Assembly: GCA_052055015.1 (NCBI GenBank)
Contig: JBQJIT010000037.1
Direction: 5' to 3' (one strand)
DNA length: 45,828 bases
Origin: Malassezia furfur
Lineage: Eukaryota
Positions within the stretch are counted from its first letter, which is position 1. Every line of letters begins with the position of its first letter. The translations under genes and the position numbers were made by a program. The notes beneath the pieces were generated by a model. It made no database searches, was not told the DNA's origin, and saw nothing but the letters and a program-made list of their open reading frames with translations. This document shows, piece by piece, positions 11,314-20,289 of the stretch.

Positions 11314-13197
11314 TTAGTTACGACCCAGGAATTGGTAGATCACCAACGACACGAGACGCGACAAACTTTCGGGGTGGTGGACATAAGTGCCCATAATCAG
11401 CGAAATACTCACCGAGGCGAGCCAGAAGTCGCCGTATGGGACGCGTGGCAAAACACCCTTGCGGCGGCCTAGCGCCCAGTACGACTCGAGTGCCTTGGGC
11501 AGCACATAAGCGGACAGCTCACTGCGCCGACGCGGTTGCTCGACAAACAAGGCGAGGCAGGACAAGAAGCCAGGGATCATGTTCATCCGCCCGTCTTGCA
11601 GCATGTCGGAGATGCGCATAGCCGTCCTGGACTTGCTCAACCGCGGGCTATAGCGGATCGAGTCTGAAATTTCGTGGAAGACGCAGAAGCAGGACTTGAC
11701 AATCGCGATGTACACAGCCAGGAACGCCGACGAGCGCGCAGCACTAGAAAAGGAGCGCACCGATGCATTCACTGGGTCGCGCATGAACGTCTTAGGGCGC
11801 AAAAAGACCGTCGGGACAACGTAGAGGGTGAGATAGACCGGCATAATCCACTTCCAGCGGCCCACCAGGTTCGTCAGGAGGACACGGAAGTGGTTCGTAG
11901 AGTACGGGTGGGACAAGGAACAGGCGGGGAAGTGGCGCATGTCACCGCGATCAAAGTAGCGGTACATTTTGGCGATCATATCGCCCGAAACACCCTTAGG
12001 GTAGTACTTGTTCGGCGGAAGGTCTGGGTACTTGAGCGGGCTGGTGCTGATCGGTTCGGGCAGCTGGCCGCCAAAGAGCTCGACGAGCGTCCACGGGTTG
12101 GCACCAAGCGGGTCCTCTTGCGTGCAACCCACGAGCATGTCGAGCATGTTGCGCGGCAGGTCCGAGGCCTTGGTGATCCAGCGGCTGTACGACGGCGGCA
12201 ACAGGGTCGGGTCAGTGAGCCATGCCCAGATGATCTGCATGTTGGCAATGCCAAACACCAGCACGGATCCGTATGGAATGTCGATGTAACCGTGCGACCG
12301 CGCAAAGCGATACGAGCCTTCCAAGCCACGCACAAACAGCTGCGGGCCAAACGACTGCACCAGGCTCTTGCGTTCGACCAGGAGCGCGATCGACGAGACC
12401 GCACCACTAACGTAGGCATGCCAGTAGCGCACGCGTGGGTCATACGTAGACAGATGGCGCCGGTGTTGCTCCTTACCAGGTGACTTGTGGTGATGATGAT
12501 GGTGGTGATGGTGGTGATGCTTGTGCGACTTGTGGTGCTTACGCGACTTCATCGACATCGACAGACCGTCTTCTTCCTCCGACGGCTCTGGCACAGCGAG
12601 GTTGGGCTCCGTGCGGCTGCGTGCCTTTGAACCATGCGAGCTGCTGCGCTTGGGGAACGGCGTGAGAAGACGGAGCGCATTGTTCACAAACTTGAACAGG
12701 CCCGACCACAGGCCGAACATCAGCGCGAAGCGCACCGTGTCCTCGGCCAGGAACGACTGCTTGAACAAGTCCGAGCGGCCGCGCCGCGTGCGCAGCAATT
12801 TGATGAGCGCAAATAGATAGGTCAGGCAGCCACGCAGGCCGTACGAGATCATGAATGCGCGCGCGCCGGCCCGAAAGACGTGGACAATGAGGCGCTCCCA
12901 GTCGCTTGGAATGCGTGCCTCTTCGTCCTTGGGACGCCAGAGCTTGTTTTGGATGTTGCGGCGGACCTCGGAGGAGGGCTTCGTGGACATTTCATGAAGT
13001 GCACTGAAGCTGAGCGAACGCTTCAAGCTCTCCATCGTCTCAGAGAGGTTGGGCGTCGTCGCGCCCGACTGCAGCTCGCGCCATGCAGCGAGTTCGTCAT
13101 CGCTTTCGTTCACAAGCTCTTCCTGAAGCGTGGGGGTGGGAGGTAGCGACGTTAGTCGATCAGGAAAGGGCCGTTTCTTCTCCTTCTCCTCGCTCAT
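11314..13197 (-). CDS. TMEM135/PXMP4-like integral membrane protein
   Basis: Single 627-aa ORF with family-like segments RFALMFG..SGLFK, AYVSGAVSSIALL, QIIWAW..P.LLPPSY, SAARSSAFLA and EQPRRRSELSAYVLPKALES. Confidence 0.75.
   Translation of the reverse strand: MSEEKEKKRPFPDRLTSLPPTPTLQEELVNESDDELAAWRELQSGATTPNLSETMESLKRSLSFSALHEMSTKPSSEVRRNIQNKLWRPKDEEARIPSDWERLIVHVFRAGARAFMISYGLRGCLTYLFALIKLLRTRRGRSDLFKQSFLAEDTVRFALMFGLWSGLFKFVNNALRLLTPFPKRSSSHGSKARSRTEPNLAVPEPSEEEDGLSMSMKSRKHHKSHKHHHHHHHHHHHKSPGKEQHRRHLSTYDPRVRYWHAYVSGAVSSIALLVERKSLVQSFGPQLFVRGLEGSYRFARSHGYIDIPYGSVLVFGIANMQIIWAWLTDPTLLPPSYSRWITKASDLPRNMLDMLVGCTQEDPLGANPWTLVELFGGQLPEPISTSPLKYPDLPPNKYYPKGVSGDMIAKMYRYFDRGDMRHFPACSLSHPYSTNHFRVLLTNLVGRWKWIMPVYLTLYVVPTVFLRPKTFMRDPVNASVRSFSSAARSSAFLAVYIAIVKSCFCVFHEISDSIRYSPRLSKSRTAMRISDMLQDGRMNMIPGFLSCLALFVEQPRRRSELSAYVLPKALESYWALGRRKGVLPRVPYGDFWLASVSISLIMGTYVHHPESLSRLVSLVIYQFLGRN
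12487..12519 (-). repeat. CAY trinucleotide tract encoding poly-His (11 His)
   Basis: Plus strand gtggtgatgatgatggtggtgatggtggtgatg, inside the TMEM135-like ORF. Confidence 0.9.
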
Positions 13198-13358
13198 GGT
13201 CGGTTGCTAGACAGGGGCGGTCCGGGCGCAGCGAATTCCGCCCCAAAACATTCTCCGGTCGGGTGTAGCCGCCGGCGATGCAGCACGTGGAATCTCGATT
13301 ACGCCACGCCGTGGGCGCAACGTCCTGCTTACGTAAGCAGGGACGAGCGGAAAAGAAA

Positions 13359-13585
13359 GGCAGACGGTACCCCGGAGGGTACAGTCTGCCCGATCCAAAG
13401 ATTTCAACGTACTGCCACCCTTAGGGCAGCAGCGAGGGGCAAATCCTCCTGTATGGACAAAAGGGTCGCCGTGCAATGGGAGCATTCACCCCTCCCGCAC
13501 CACATGCGTGAGCGTGTTGCGGAACGTCAAGGTCTGTCGTGTTAGATCCGTCCTAATAGGTCGATTTTCATATACGTACAAGTAT
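13359..13585 (-). ncRNA. U1: U1 spliceosomal snRNA gene containing a spliceosomal intron (exon 1 13585-13580, intron 13579-13534, exon 2 13533-~13359; ~181 nt mature)
   Basis: The spliced 5' end reads AUACUU|ACCU. Downstream come helix H (UUGACGU/ACGUUGA), SL-I with a 10-nt loop GCUCACGCAU, SL-II with the U1A motif AUUGCAC, SL-III, an Sm-like site AAUCUUUGG and a GC-rich SL-IV with a cUCCGg loop, followed by a T-rich tract. The 3' end is inferred from SL-IV. Confidence 0.9.
13534..13579 (-). other. 46-nt spliceosomal intron in the U1 snRNA gene
   Basis: Minus strand GTACGTatatgaaaatcgacctattaggacggatCTAACacgaCAG. It has the same donor, branch and acceptor consensus as the mRNA introns in this window. 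Confidence 0.88.
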
Positions 13586-13615
13586 GAGAAACTCGTAGAT
13601 GCGGAGGGCGGCCCC

Positions 13616-13622
13616 TTTTATA
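13616..13622 (-). promoter_or_regulatory. TATA box of the U1 snRNA gene
   Basis: TATAAAA on the minus strand at -37 to -31 relative to the AUACUU start at 13585. Confidence 0.7.
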
Positions 13623-13746
13623 TTTTTTGAGCCCCGCTGCGGCGGCTGCACATTGGCCAGCTCCACCGGCCCAGCAAAAATGGCCGCTACAGGGCTACAT
13701 TAATTCCTCGAATCTTTTTGGATGGCGACGCGGCGCATATGGACCA

Positions 13747-14695
13747 CTATGGCGAATGATGCAGGGCCTCGGTCGCCTCGTTGCTCGTCTTGGTAATCGC
13801 CTCTTGAAGCGACTTGGGGCAGCTCTCGACCAGGCTCGAGAGGTTCGGCAGAATGCGTGAGAGGAAGAACTGCTGCGCGACTTGCGCTCCCTGCGTGTGA
13901 GCCAATGCGTGGACGTACCCTGTAGTGATAGATCGCACCCATCACCGCCTCGACACACGCGCCGCGCACCTTAAAGAGGCCGGTCTCTTGCGTCCCTGTC
14001 GCAGGATCGACACGCTGGTGTCAGCTGGGCATGAGTACATACAATCGTCGGGTGCCAGCGCATGACACGCTCGAGCTGCAGAGAGCGCCCGACATGGTCG
14101 CCAAGCGTCTGCGTCCGGAGGAGGTTGTCCACGCCCTGCGGCGACGAGAGGATATTTTGCAGGAACCGGATTTCGGCCTCGGGAAGCGATTCTGCGCGGC
14201 CCGCCTTGGCGAGCACATCGAACAGATAGAGGGAGAGGTAGGTTTTCAGAGCGCGCCGGCCTGGGTGTGAGAGTGTGCAAACGTACCGAGGAAGGCGAGG
14301 CGGCGGTTATGGCCTTGCATGCCGTACATCCAGCTTTCATGCGTGAGCGCAGTGACGGCCAGCGCCGCGTTGTCGCCAAGGAGCGCGTGCTGGTCGCCCG
14401 ACAGCGAGCGGTACGAAGAAAATTGCTCGCTGTTGAGGAATGCCAGCATGTCCGCAGGCTTCAAGTCGCTGCCGAGCGCACCGGACGAAGGGTGCACCGA
14501 CTGCTGCTGCGTATGTGCCGTGGGATGTGCGCTGGGCGCGGCGTTGTGCGCAATGGCGGTGGTGTGCAGGCCACAGGCGCGCAGTAAGAGTGGCTGCGGC
14601 GCGCGCGCAAAAGTTGCAGTGCGCGCGCTACCGACGAGGCGTGCGCGCGCCACGATACGTGTTCCTGTCCGGAAGGATGCGGTGCCCATGTTCAT
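13747..14695 (-). CDS. MRPL15: Mitochondrial ribosomal protein mL57 (MrpL15), RNase III-like fold
   Basis: Introns 14261-14286, 14015-14042 and 13891-13918. Presequence-like N-terminus; ALTHESW..G..GHNRRLAFLGRRAL...GLFKVRGACVEAVMGAIYH..GAQVAQQFF. Start is at 14695 or 14689. Confidence 0.8.
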
Positions 14696-14858
14696 CGTTG
14701 CACACGCGCGCTACTCCGCAAGGCACAGCGACGAGGAAAGTGGGTCGTGGAAGCCGGGTGGACGAAGTCTTCGCAGATGGGGAATTAAGCATACATCCAC
14801 GCCGCCGCGAAGCGAAAGTTCGATTTTCGCGCGTACGACGCCTTGGGTTTTGTCAACG

Positions 14859-15842
14859 ATGTCTGTGGCGGAACCGTATGTGGCTGCGACTAACGCCAGA
14901 CTTGCTCCTGCTGCTCCCAAGGCCGCCAACTGGGCGGATGATGACACTGAGGATGGCGCTTGTACGTTTCGCGCGACTCACGCAGCTTCGAGCTCGCCGC
15001 GCGTCGAAGTGCGCGACGAAGGCAACGGTGTGCAGACCGTGATTGAATACCGCACCAACGCGGATGGCAAGCCTGTCAAGGTGACGCGCCGCATCAAGCG
15101 GACGCTCGTGTCTACGCGCGTGAACCACGACGTGGCCGAGCGCAAGCAGTGGGCCAAGTTTGGTCTCGAGAAAAACTCCGCCGCCGGCCCGCACGGCGGC
15201 ACCACCTCGATCGGTGCCAATGTGCAGGTCAAGCTTACCGCGGGTGGCACCAAGGAGCCCGAGCAGGACCCGACAGATGCGATGCGCGAGAAGCTCGCGA
15301 ACAAGCGCGTCCAGTGCCGTCTATGCAAGGGCGACCACTACACGGCGCGCTGTCCGTACCGCGACACACTCGAGGCGATCCCCGGCGCGGGTGGCGAGAC
15401 GCCCGAGGGCGAGGTCGCCAAGGCGGCGCTGCAGGCCGGCGACCCTGCGGCCGCCGCCAAGATCAACCCGGCCGCAAGCCAGGCCCGTGCTGGGCTGGCG
15501 CCGGGCAAATACGTCCCGCCGAGCCTGCGTGCCGGCGCGGTGCCGACGGTGATGGGCAGCGGTGCGCCGCACCGCGACGACTCGTCGACGCTGCGTGTGA
15601 CGAACCTGAGCGAGGACGTCGAGGAGGACGACCTGCGCGACCTCTTCCGCCGTTACGGCCGTGTGACGCGGATCTACCTGGGCCGCGACCGCGAGACGGG
15701 TGCGTGCAAGGGCTTCGCCTATGTCAACTTTGAGGACCGTGCGTCGGCGGACCTGGCGCGGCAAAAGCTGGACGGCTTCCCGTACAGCAACCTGATCCTC
15801 AGCTGCCAGTGGTCGCAGCCGCGTGGGGAGCGTCCTTCGTAG
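14859..15842 (+). CDS. TIF35: Translation initiation factor eIF3 subunit g
   Basis: NWADDD; VAERKQWAKFG; Zn knuckle CRLCKGDHYTARCPY; KYVPPSLR; C-terminal RRM (TLRVTNLSED, KGFAYVNF). Two probable 24-nt in-frame introns at 14876-14899 and 14962-14985. Confidence 0.95.
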   Translation: MSVAEPYVAATNARLAPAAPKAANWADDDTEDGACTFRATHAASSSPRVEVRDEGNGVQTVIEYRTNADGKPVKVTRRIKRTLVSTRVNHDVAERKQWAKFGLEKNSAAGPHGGTTSIGANVQVKLTAGGTKEPEQDPTDAMREKLANKRVQCRLCKGDHYTARCPYRDTLEAIPGAGGETPEGEVAKAALQAGDPAAAAKINPAASQARAGLAPGKYVPPSLRAGAVPTVMGSGAPHRDDSSTLRVTNLSEDVEEDDLRDLFRRYGRVTRIYLGRDRETGACKGFAYVNFEDRASADLARQKLDGFPYSNLILSCQWSQPRGERPS

Positions 15843-15884
15843 AGTGTACCAATCGGATATGTGCTTCGCGAGATCTACCGGCCG

Positions 15885-16651
15885 CTACGAAAAGAAGCTG
15901 GGGTCAGTGCGCCGCGGATACGTACGCGCGGTGGGGGTTCGGGCCGAACAGATCGAGGCGCAGCTCGGGCAGCATGTCGGACTCGAGCAGGCGCAGCCGC
16001 TCCTCCAGCGTGTTGTTCAGCTGGATGCGTCCGCCGTGCCCGGCGAGGATCAGACCGCCTGCGGAGTCCTTGCTGAGGCCTTCCTTGACCGAAACCTTGG
16101 TGTCGCGTCCGGTGATCTCCTTGTACCGCTTCACGGCCGACTCGGACACGTCCTGCACCAGCTGCACGTCGCCGGAGCGCGCCGTGACTTCCACGGACGG
16201 CTCGACGAGGTCCAGCAGGCCTTGGAGCAGCAGGTTCTCGAGCAGCTTCTTGTATTTGGCCTGGTCCTTGGACAGCTCCTTGAGCTGTGCCTTGGTCTTG
16301 TCAAACAGGCCCTCGAGGCGCTCCTCACGGAGCTTGAGCACCTCGAGACGCGCCTTGTTGCTCTGGTTGGACTTGGCACTGCGTCAGTGGGGGCACGCAC
16401 ATCTTCTGCTGCGTCTCGACCTGCTTCTTCTTCTTCTCAAACTGCGCATCCAGGTTCGAGCTCTCCTGCTGCACGATCTTCGCCTGCCGGTCAGCGGTCG
16501 CACGGCTTCTCTCACCCACCTTCTCGATCGCAAACTCCTCATCCGCCTTCACCTGGATCTCGCGCGCCTTCTCCTGAGCCTCCTGGCGAATGAACTCCAC
16601 CATCTTCTTCAGCTCCGTGTTCACCTCTTCATCATTCATAGCGTGCGACAT
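15885..16651 (-). CDS. VMA4: V-ATPase V1 subunit E
   Basis: Introns 16484-16519, 16379-16400 (22 nt) and 15898-15925. ELKKMVEFIRQEAQEKAREIQVKADEEFAIEK...NNTLEERLRLL...LFGPNPHRAFFS*. Confidence 0.95.
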
Positions 16652-16993
16652 CGTGAACGGCGAGTAGGCTTCCGGCAGTCGGTGGATACGATAGTGCTGG
16701 CCCGCACGGGATTGCGTGCCGCGAGACCTACTAGGTCCTCACCTCCACACTGGTGGAGGCGGCGCCGGTCGTGGCCGCCGCCGCCGCACACCGCACACGG
16801 AGCCGGCCACAGCACGAGTATACAACCGCGCAGGCACTGCGTCTAACCCCCCTGTATTCGTGGCATACGACGGACGCTAAATTGCATTACCAAAGAACCC
16901 CTTTTCGCGGGCTCGTCAGCCTATACGTAGATGCTACGCCCACTGAGTTCTCTCTTTCCTTATGCGTTTCGTCGTTTGTATACATCCTACACC

Positions 16994-17581
16994 CTATGCA
17001 GACCGCACAAAGTTGCTCGCCTTGATCGACGCACGGTTCTTCTTGCGCAGGGTCCGGCGCGTCTTGAGCTCTTCTTCGTGCACCTCGGTCGGGGTCTTGG
17101 GCAGCGCGTCCTTTGCGGCTTTCGCCGCGGCCTTGGCCTGCGCAGCTGCCTTTTGTTGCGGCGTCATGTTCAGCAGACGCGCCGCCTCCTTCGCCTCGGC
17201 CGCCTGCTGCTTTTTGAGTTGCTGCCGTGCGATCTTCGCACTGCGCTTGTACGCCGCACGCGCCTCACCCTTCGACATGCCCGTGGTATCCACGTCGCCT
17301 GCAATCAGCGTCTTGGAAGAGACTACTGCAGGGTCTTCGAGCAGGTCCCATAGCCAGGAGGGGTATTCGCTGTCGGGCTTTGCGACAGGGTCCGGTTTGT
17401 CCTTGTAGATGGAAAGACCAGTGAACACCGTGCCCGCGGGTGCCACTGACTGGGCGTCCGGCTTGGCAGGCGCCTTCTCGGCATCCGAGTGTGCCATGCG
17501 CACCGCAGTGCCTGCGGACTCCCACGGCGCACGGCGCAGCGCACCGGTGATCGCGCGGCTTGCCGCAAGACGAAGGGCCAT
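16994..17581 (-). CDS. MRPL37: Mitochondrial ribosomal protein mL54 (MrpL37)
   Basis: APAGTVFTGLSIYKDKPDPVAKPDSEYPSWLWDLL and C-terminal LRKKNRASIKASNF; presequence-like start at ATG 17581. Confidence 0.85.
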   Translation of the reverse strand: MALRLAASRAITGALRRAPWESAGTAVRMAHSDAEKAPAKPDAQSVAPAGTVFTGLSIYKDKPDPVAKPDSEYPSWLWDLLEDPAVVSSKTLIAGDVDTTGMSKGEARAAYKRSAKIARQQLKKQQAAEAKEAARLLNMTPQQKAAAQAKAAAKAAKDALPKTPTEVHEEELKTRRTLRKKNRASIKASNFVRSA

Positions 17582-17596
17582 CGTTGGAAGAGGAAG

Positions 17597-17602
17597 CACG
17601 TG
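17597..17602. promoter_or_regulatory. CACGTG box in the 51-nt mL54/RAX1 bidirectional promoter
   Basis: CACGTG lies between divergent ATGs at 17581 and 17633. Confidence 0.5.
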
Positions 17603-17632
17603 ACCCAACGCGACGCGGTTGTGTTGCTCGCC

Positions 17633-18579
17633 ATGGCGTCTGGGGAGCGGAGGCGCCTGCCCACGCTGCTCGAGGTGCTCGAGCGGCGCACAGCGGCGCC
17701 AGTCGACCTAGACGCGTTTTACCGGTTTACCTTTATGTGCAATGAGGCGGATGCCATCGACTTTTGGCTCGACGTGACGGAGCACGAGCGCATGTGTGCG
17801 ATTTATTTGTATTTGGACGACGACAGCGCGCCTGTGCCGGTGACTGGCGCCTGGCGCGGGAGCAGCAGGTACCAGAACACGTCCTACGTGCATGTCGACC
17901 AGACGGAGAAGGAATTGCCGCGCGAGACGAAGATTGCGCTGTTCGACCTGGTCGCCAACGCCCAGCGTGTGTACGAACGCTACCTTGTCCCAGACGCCGC
18001 GCACGAGATCCTGCTGCCCGAAGCAGTGCGTTCGTCGATGCCGTGGCCATCCGAGACACATGCCATGACGGGAAATGCCAAGGAGCTGCTCCAACTCTTC
18101 CATCTCCCGCGCAAGTAGGTGGCTCGCACTCACGCAGCTATATTTTTCAGCGCCTGGACAGCGGCGTCTACTCTGCCTTTTTGGAACAGCATACATTTTG
18201 CAACATTACGCGGTTTACTGCGTGGGCCCGCCTGTCGGTCGGGCTATTACTCTTCTGGGTCGCGCTGGCCGTGGGGTTCAGTATGGTGTTCCTCGACGCA
18301 CGGCGGCCGACGCGCGTTTGGGTAGGTGCGCCGCTAACGCAGATTGTACTTCCGATGGCCTTGGCCATGTACTTTTTGACGGCCTACATGTACAATATCG
18401 ACCCTGCCCTCGTCCTGGCGCGCCGCACACAAGTCGCACCACGCACCTACGTCCGGGTAGACGAGCCGTTTGTGTACCGCCAGCACTGTCTCCACGCGGC
18501 CGGTGCAGTGGGTATCGCGGTGCTGGCCTGCGCCGCACTCACGGTTTTATTTGTGTTTGTGCCGGGGCATCGCCTCTAG
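17633..18579 (+). CDS. RAX1: Rax1-like RGS-domain membrane protein (polarity/bud-site selection)
   Basis: RRRLPTLLEVLERRTAAPVDL..FY...AIDFWLDV..H, with three C-terminal TM segments ending VPGHRL. Introns 18115-18137 (23 nt) and probable 18322-18342 (21 nt). Confidence 0.85.
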
Positions 18580-20243
18580 AGCTCTGTGTGAGCCGCATAC
18601 GTACGTGACAGGGCGCGCGCGCGCCGCGTCGTCACCTCTGATACCCGAATGGCTGTGCGCAGCTGCACGACCGCCTGCACCAACGACTCGGCGTCCACCC
18701 ACTTGGCCGCGGCGTCGTGCAGCACATGGTACACGGCCGAGGCCGATGACGCGGCGAGCAGCACCGGTGCCGTCTGCGCAAGGATCGCGTACGCGACGCG
18801 GAACAGGACAATGTGGCCGTCGACGAGCATCATGTCCCACACGCGAAACAGCGTTTCGATGGGGAGGCATGAGGTGAACAGAGACAAGAACCACGCATAC
18901 GTCACCGCAGGAAGTTCGACATGGAGCGCAGTAAAATGTGCATGCACCTTGGGCATCCCCGTACGCACAAGACCGAGCAGCACGCGCTGATCTGCTTGCG
19001 GCACTCGCATGCTCGATGCATAGAAGCCGTCGGGCAGGATGTGCTGGATGATCCCGCTCATGGTCCAGAACGCGTCCTCCTCGTGGGTATAGGTGAGCAG
19101 CAGGATGGCTGCAAGGTTGTTCATGCCCTGGCAATAACCCTGCGCCGGGTCTCTTGCACACTGCGCCTCGAGGAGCCGCTGGAGCTTCTCAACACCGGGG
19201 CCTTTGCCGCCGAAGAAAGAATTGGTCGGCATCGTGCGCCGTGCGTCGAGCGCGATTTGGCGGTCGCTGTGCGAGACACTTGCGACCAGGTCCTGGTATA
19301 GACCCGGCTCGGCCAGTTCTGCGGCTCGCACACACTCGGCCCACACCATGGGCCGATAGCACATGGGAATCCCCTGCTGGCACATCCGCTGAAAGGCGCG
19401 CCAGATCGCTTGGCCCGTGGACGTCGAGTGGTCGAGCTGGCGCAGCGTGTGGAACAGGTCCTGCCAGGGCGTTTCGTGGTGGGTATACTCGGCGGCGAGG
19501 TAGGCATCCCATTGGGACTTGCGCTCCGCCTGGTATGCGTCATACACCTCCGACGGCACAGACGGAGACGACTCGGGTGTATATAGAAAGCCATACCGAT
19601 CGATTTGGATACCCTCATCTTGCAAGGGCGGAAGGAACGGCGGCGGTCGCGACTCGACCGGTACCATGTGTGCGAGTTCAACGACGGGGGCCATCGGCAG
19701 CGCCGTCTCGGACGAGGCAGGCGACGATGCCCGCGATACGGGCTGGGTATTGGGCGTTGCTGTGCGCTGCGGTGACGCGCTTACGGGCGGCTCGTCGGCC
19801 AACACCACGCTTTGGAGCCATGCGAGTGCGTCGGATCCGGCATTCGCGGGCGGCTCGGTGGGTGCGGGGCTGGAATCGGCAGCCGGCGGCCCAACGAGGT
19901 CGTCCAACATGGCTTCGCGGAGCGAGCACGGGAGACTCGGTGCTGTTGGCGACACATCCGGCGCATTTTCCATCCATTCCGGCTGCACGAGTCGCCGGAT
20001 GAGCTGTGCAAGCACCTCGACGAGCTCGGCGCGCGGCGTGCGATCCTGCAGAATTTGGCGGGTGCGGTCGGTGAGCAGCGGCGCGAGGGTGCGCGTGGTC
20101 TCGTTGGTCTGCCGACTGGAAGGCACCAGTACCGGCTCCTGCGGCTTTTGTATGTCAATGGGCCACGACGTGTGTTCCTCGGCAGCCTCGGCGGCGCACT
20201 CGAGCGGGTGCGAGGCCACCAAGGACCTCGCCGCGCTCCGCAT
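18576..20243 (-). CDS. TBC-domain Rab GTPase-activating protein
   Basis: GIPMCYRPMVW, QIALDARRT (Arg finger), GYCQGMNNLAA (Gln finger), WFLSLFT..LP.ETLFRVWD. Start codon is uncertain. Confidence 0.9.
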   Translation of the reverse strand: MRSAARSLVASHPLECAAEAAEEHTSWPIDIQKPQEPVLVPSSRQTNETTRTLAPLLTDRTRQILQDRTPRAELVEVLAQLIRRLVQPEWMENAPDVSPTAPSLPCSLREAMLDDLVGPPAADSSPAPTEPPANAGSDALAWLQSVVLADEPPVSASPQRTATPNTQPVSRASSPASSETALPMAPVVELAHMVPVESRPPPFLPPLQDEGIQIDRYGFLYTPESSPSVPSEVYDAYQAERKSQWDAYLAAEYTHHETPWQDLFHTLRQLDHSTSTGQAIWRAFQRMCQQGIPMCYRPMVWAECVRAAELAEPGLYQDLVASVSHSDRQIALDARRTMPTNSFFGGKGPGVEKLQRLLEAQCARDPAQGYCQGMNNLAAILLLTYTHEEDAFWTMSGIIQHILPDGFYASSMRVPQADQRVLLGLVRTGMPKVHAHFTALHVELPAVTYAWFLSLFTSCLPIETLFRVWDMMLVDGHIVLFRVAYAILAQTAPVLLAASSASAVYHVLHDAAAKWVDAESLVQAVVQLRTAIRVSEVTTRRARALSRTYAAHTEL

Positions 20244-20289
20244 CGTTGGCCTACGCGTACCTCCACACGGCGCTCTTTACCGACCGACG

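Noticed and set aside
13411..13430. CCCTAA/TTAGGG motif suggesting a telomerase RNA template
   Set aside because: It is a single hexamer without the ~1.5-repeat template, and it is explained as the SL-III loop of U1.
13628..13637. CGGGGCTCA (minus strand), resembling the RNase MRP 3' conserved motif
   Set aside because: There is no partner P4 5' motif, and no room upstream because the mL57 CDS ends at 13747.
14319..14858. N-terminal extensions in the ORF track (TIF35 from 14319; similarly MCM4 to 25819, UMP1 to 38845, PCBD to 29416, DML1 to 31684)
   Set aside because: They overlap the divergent neighbouring genes, and family-typical N-termini begin at the downstream ATGs.
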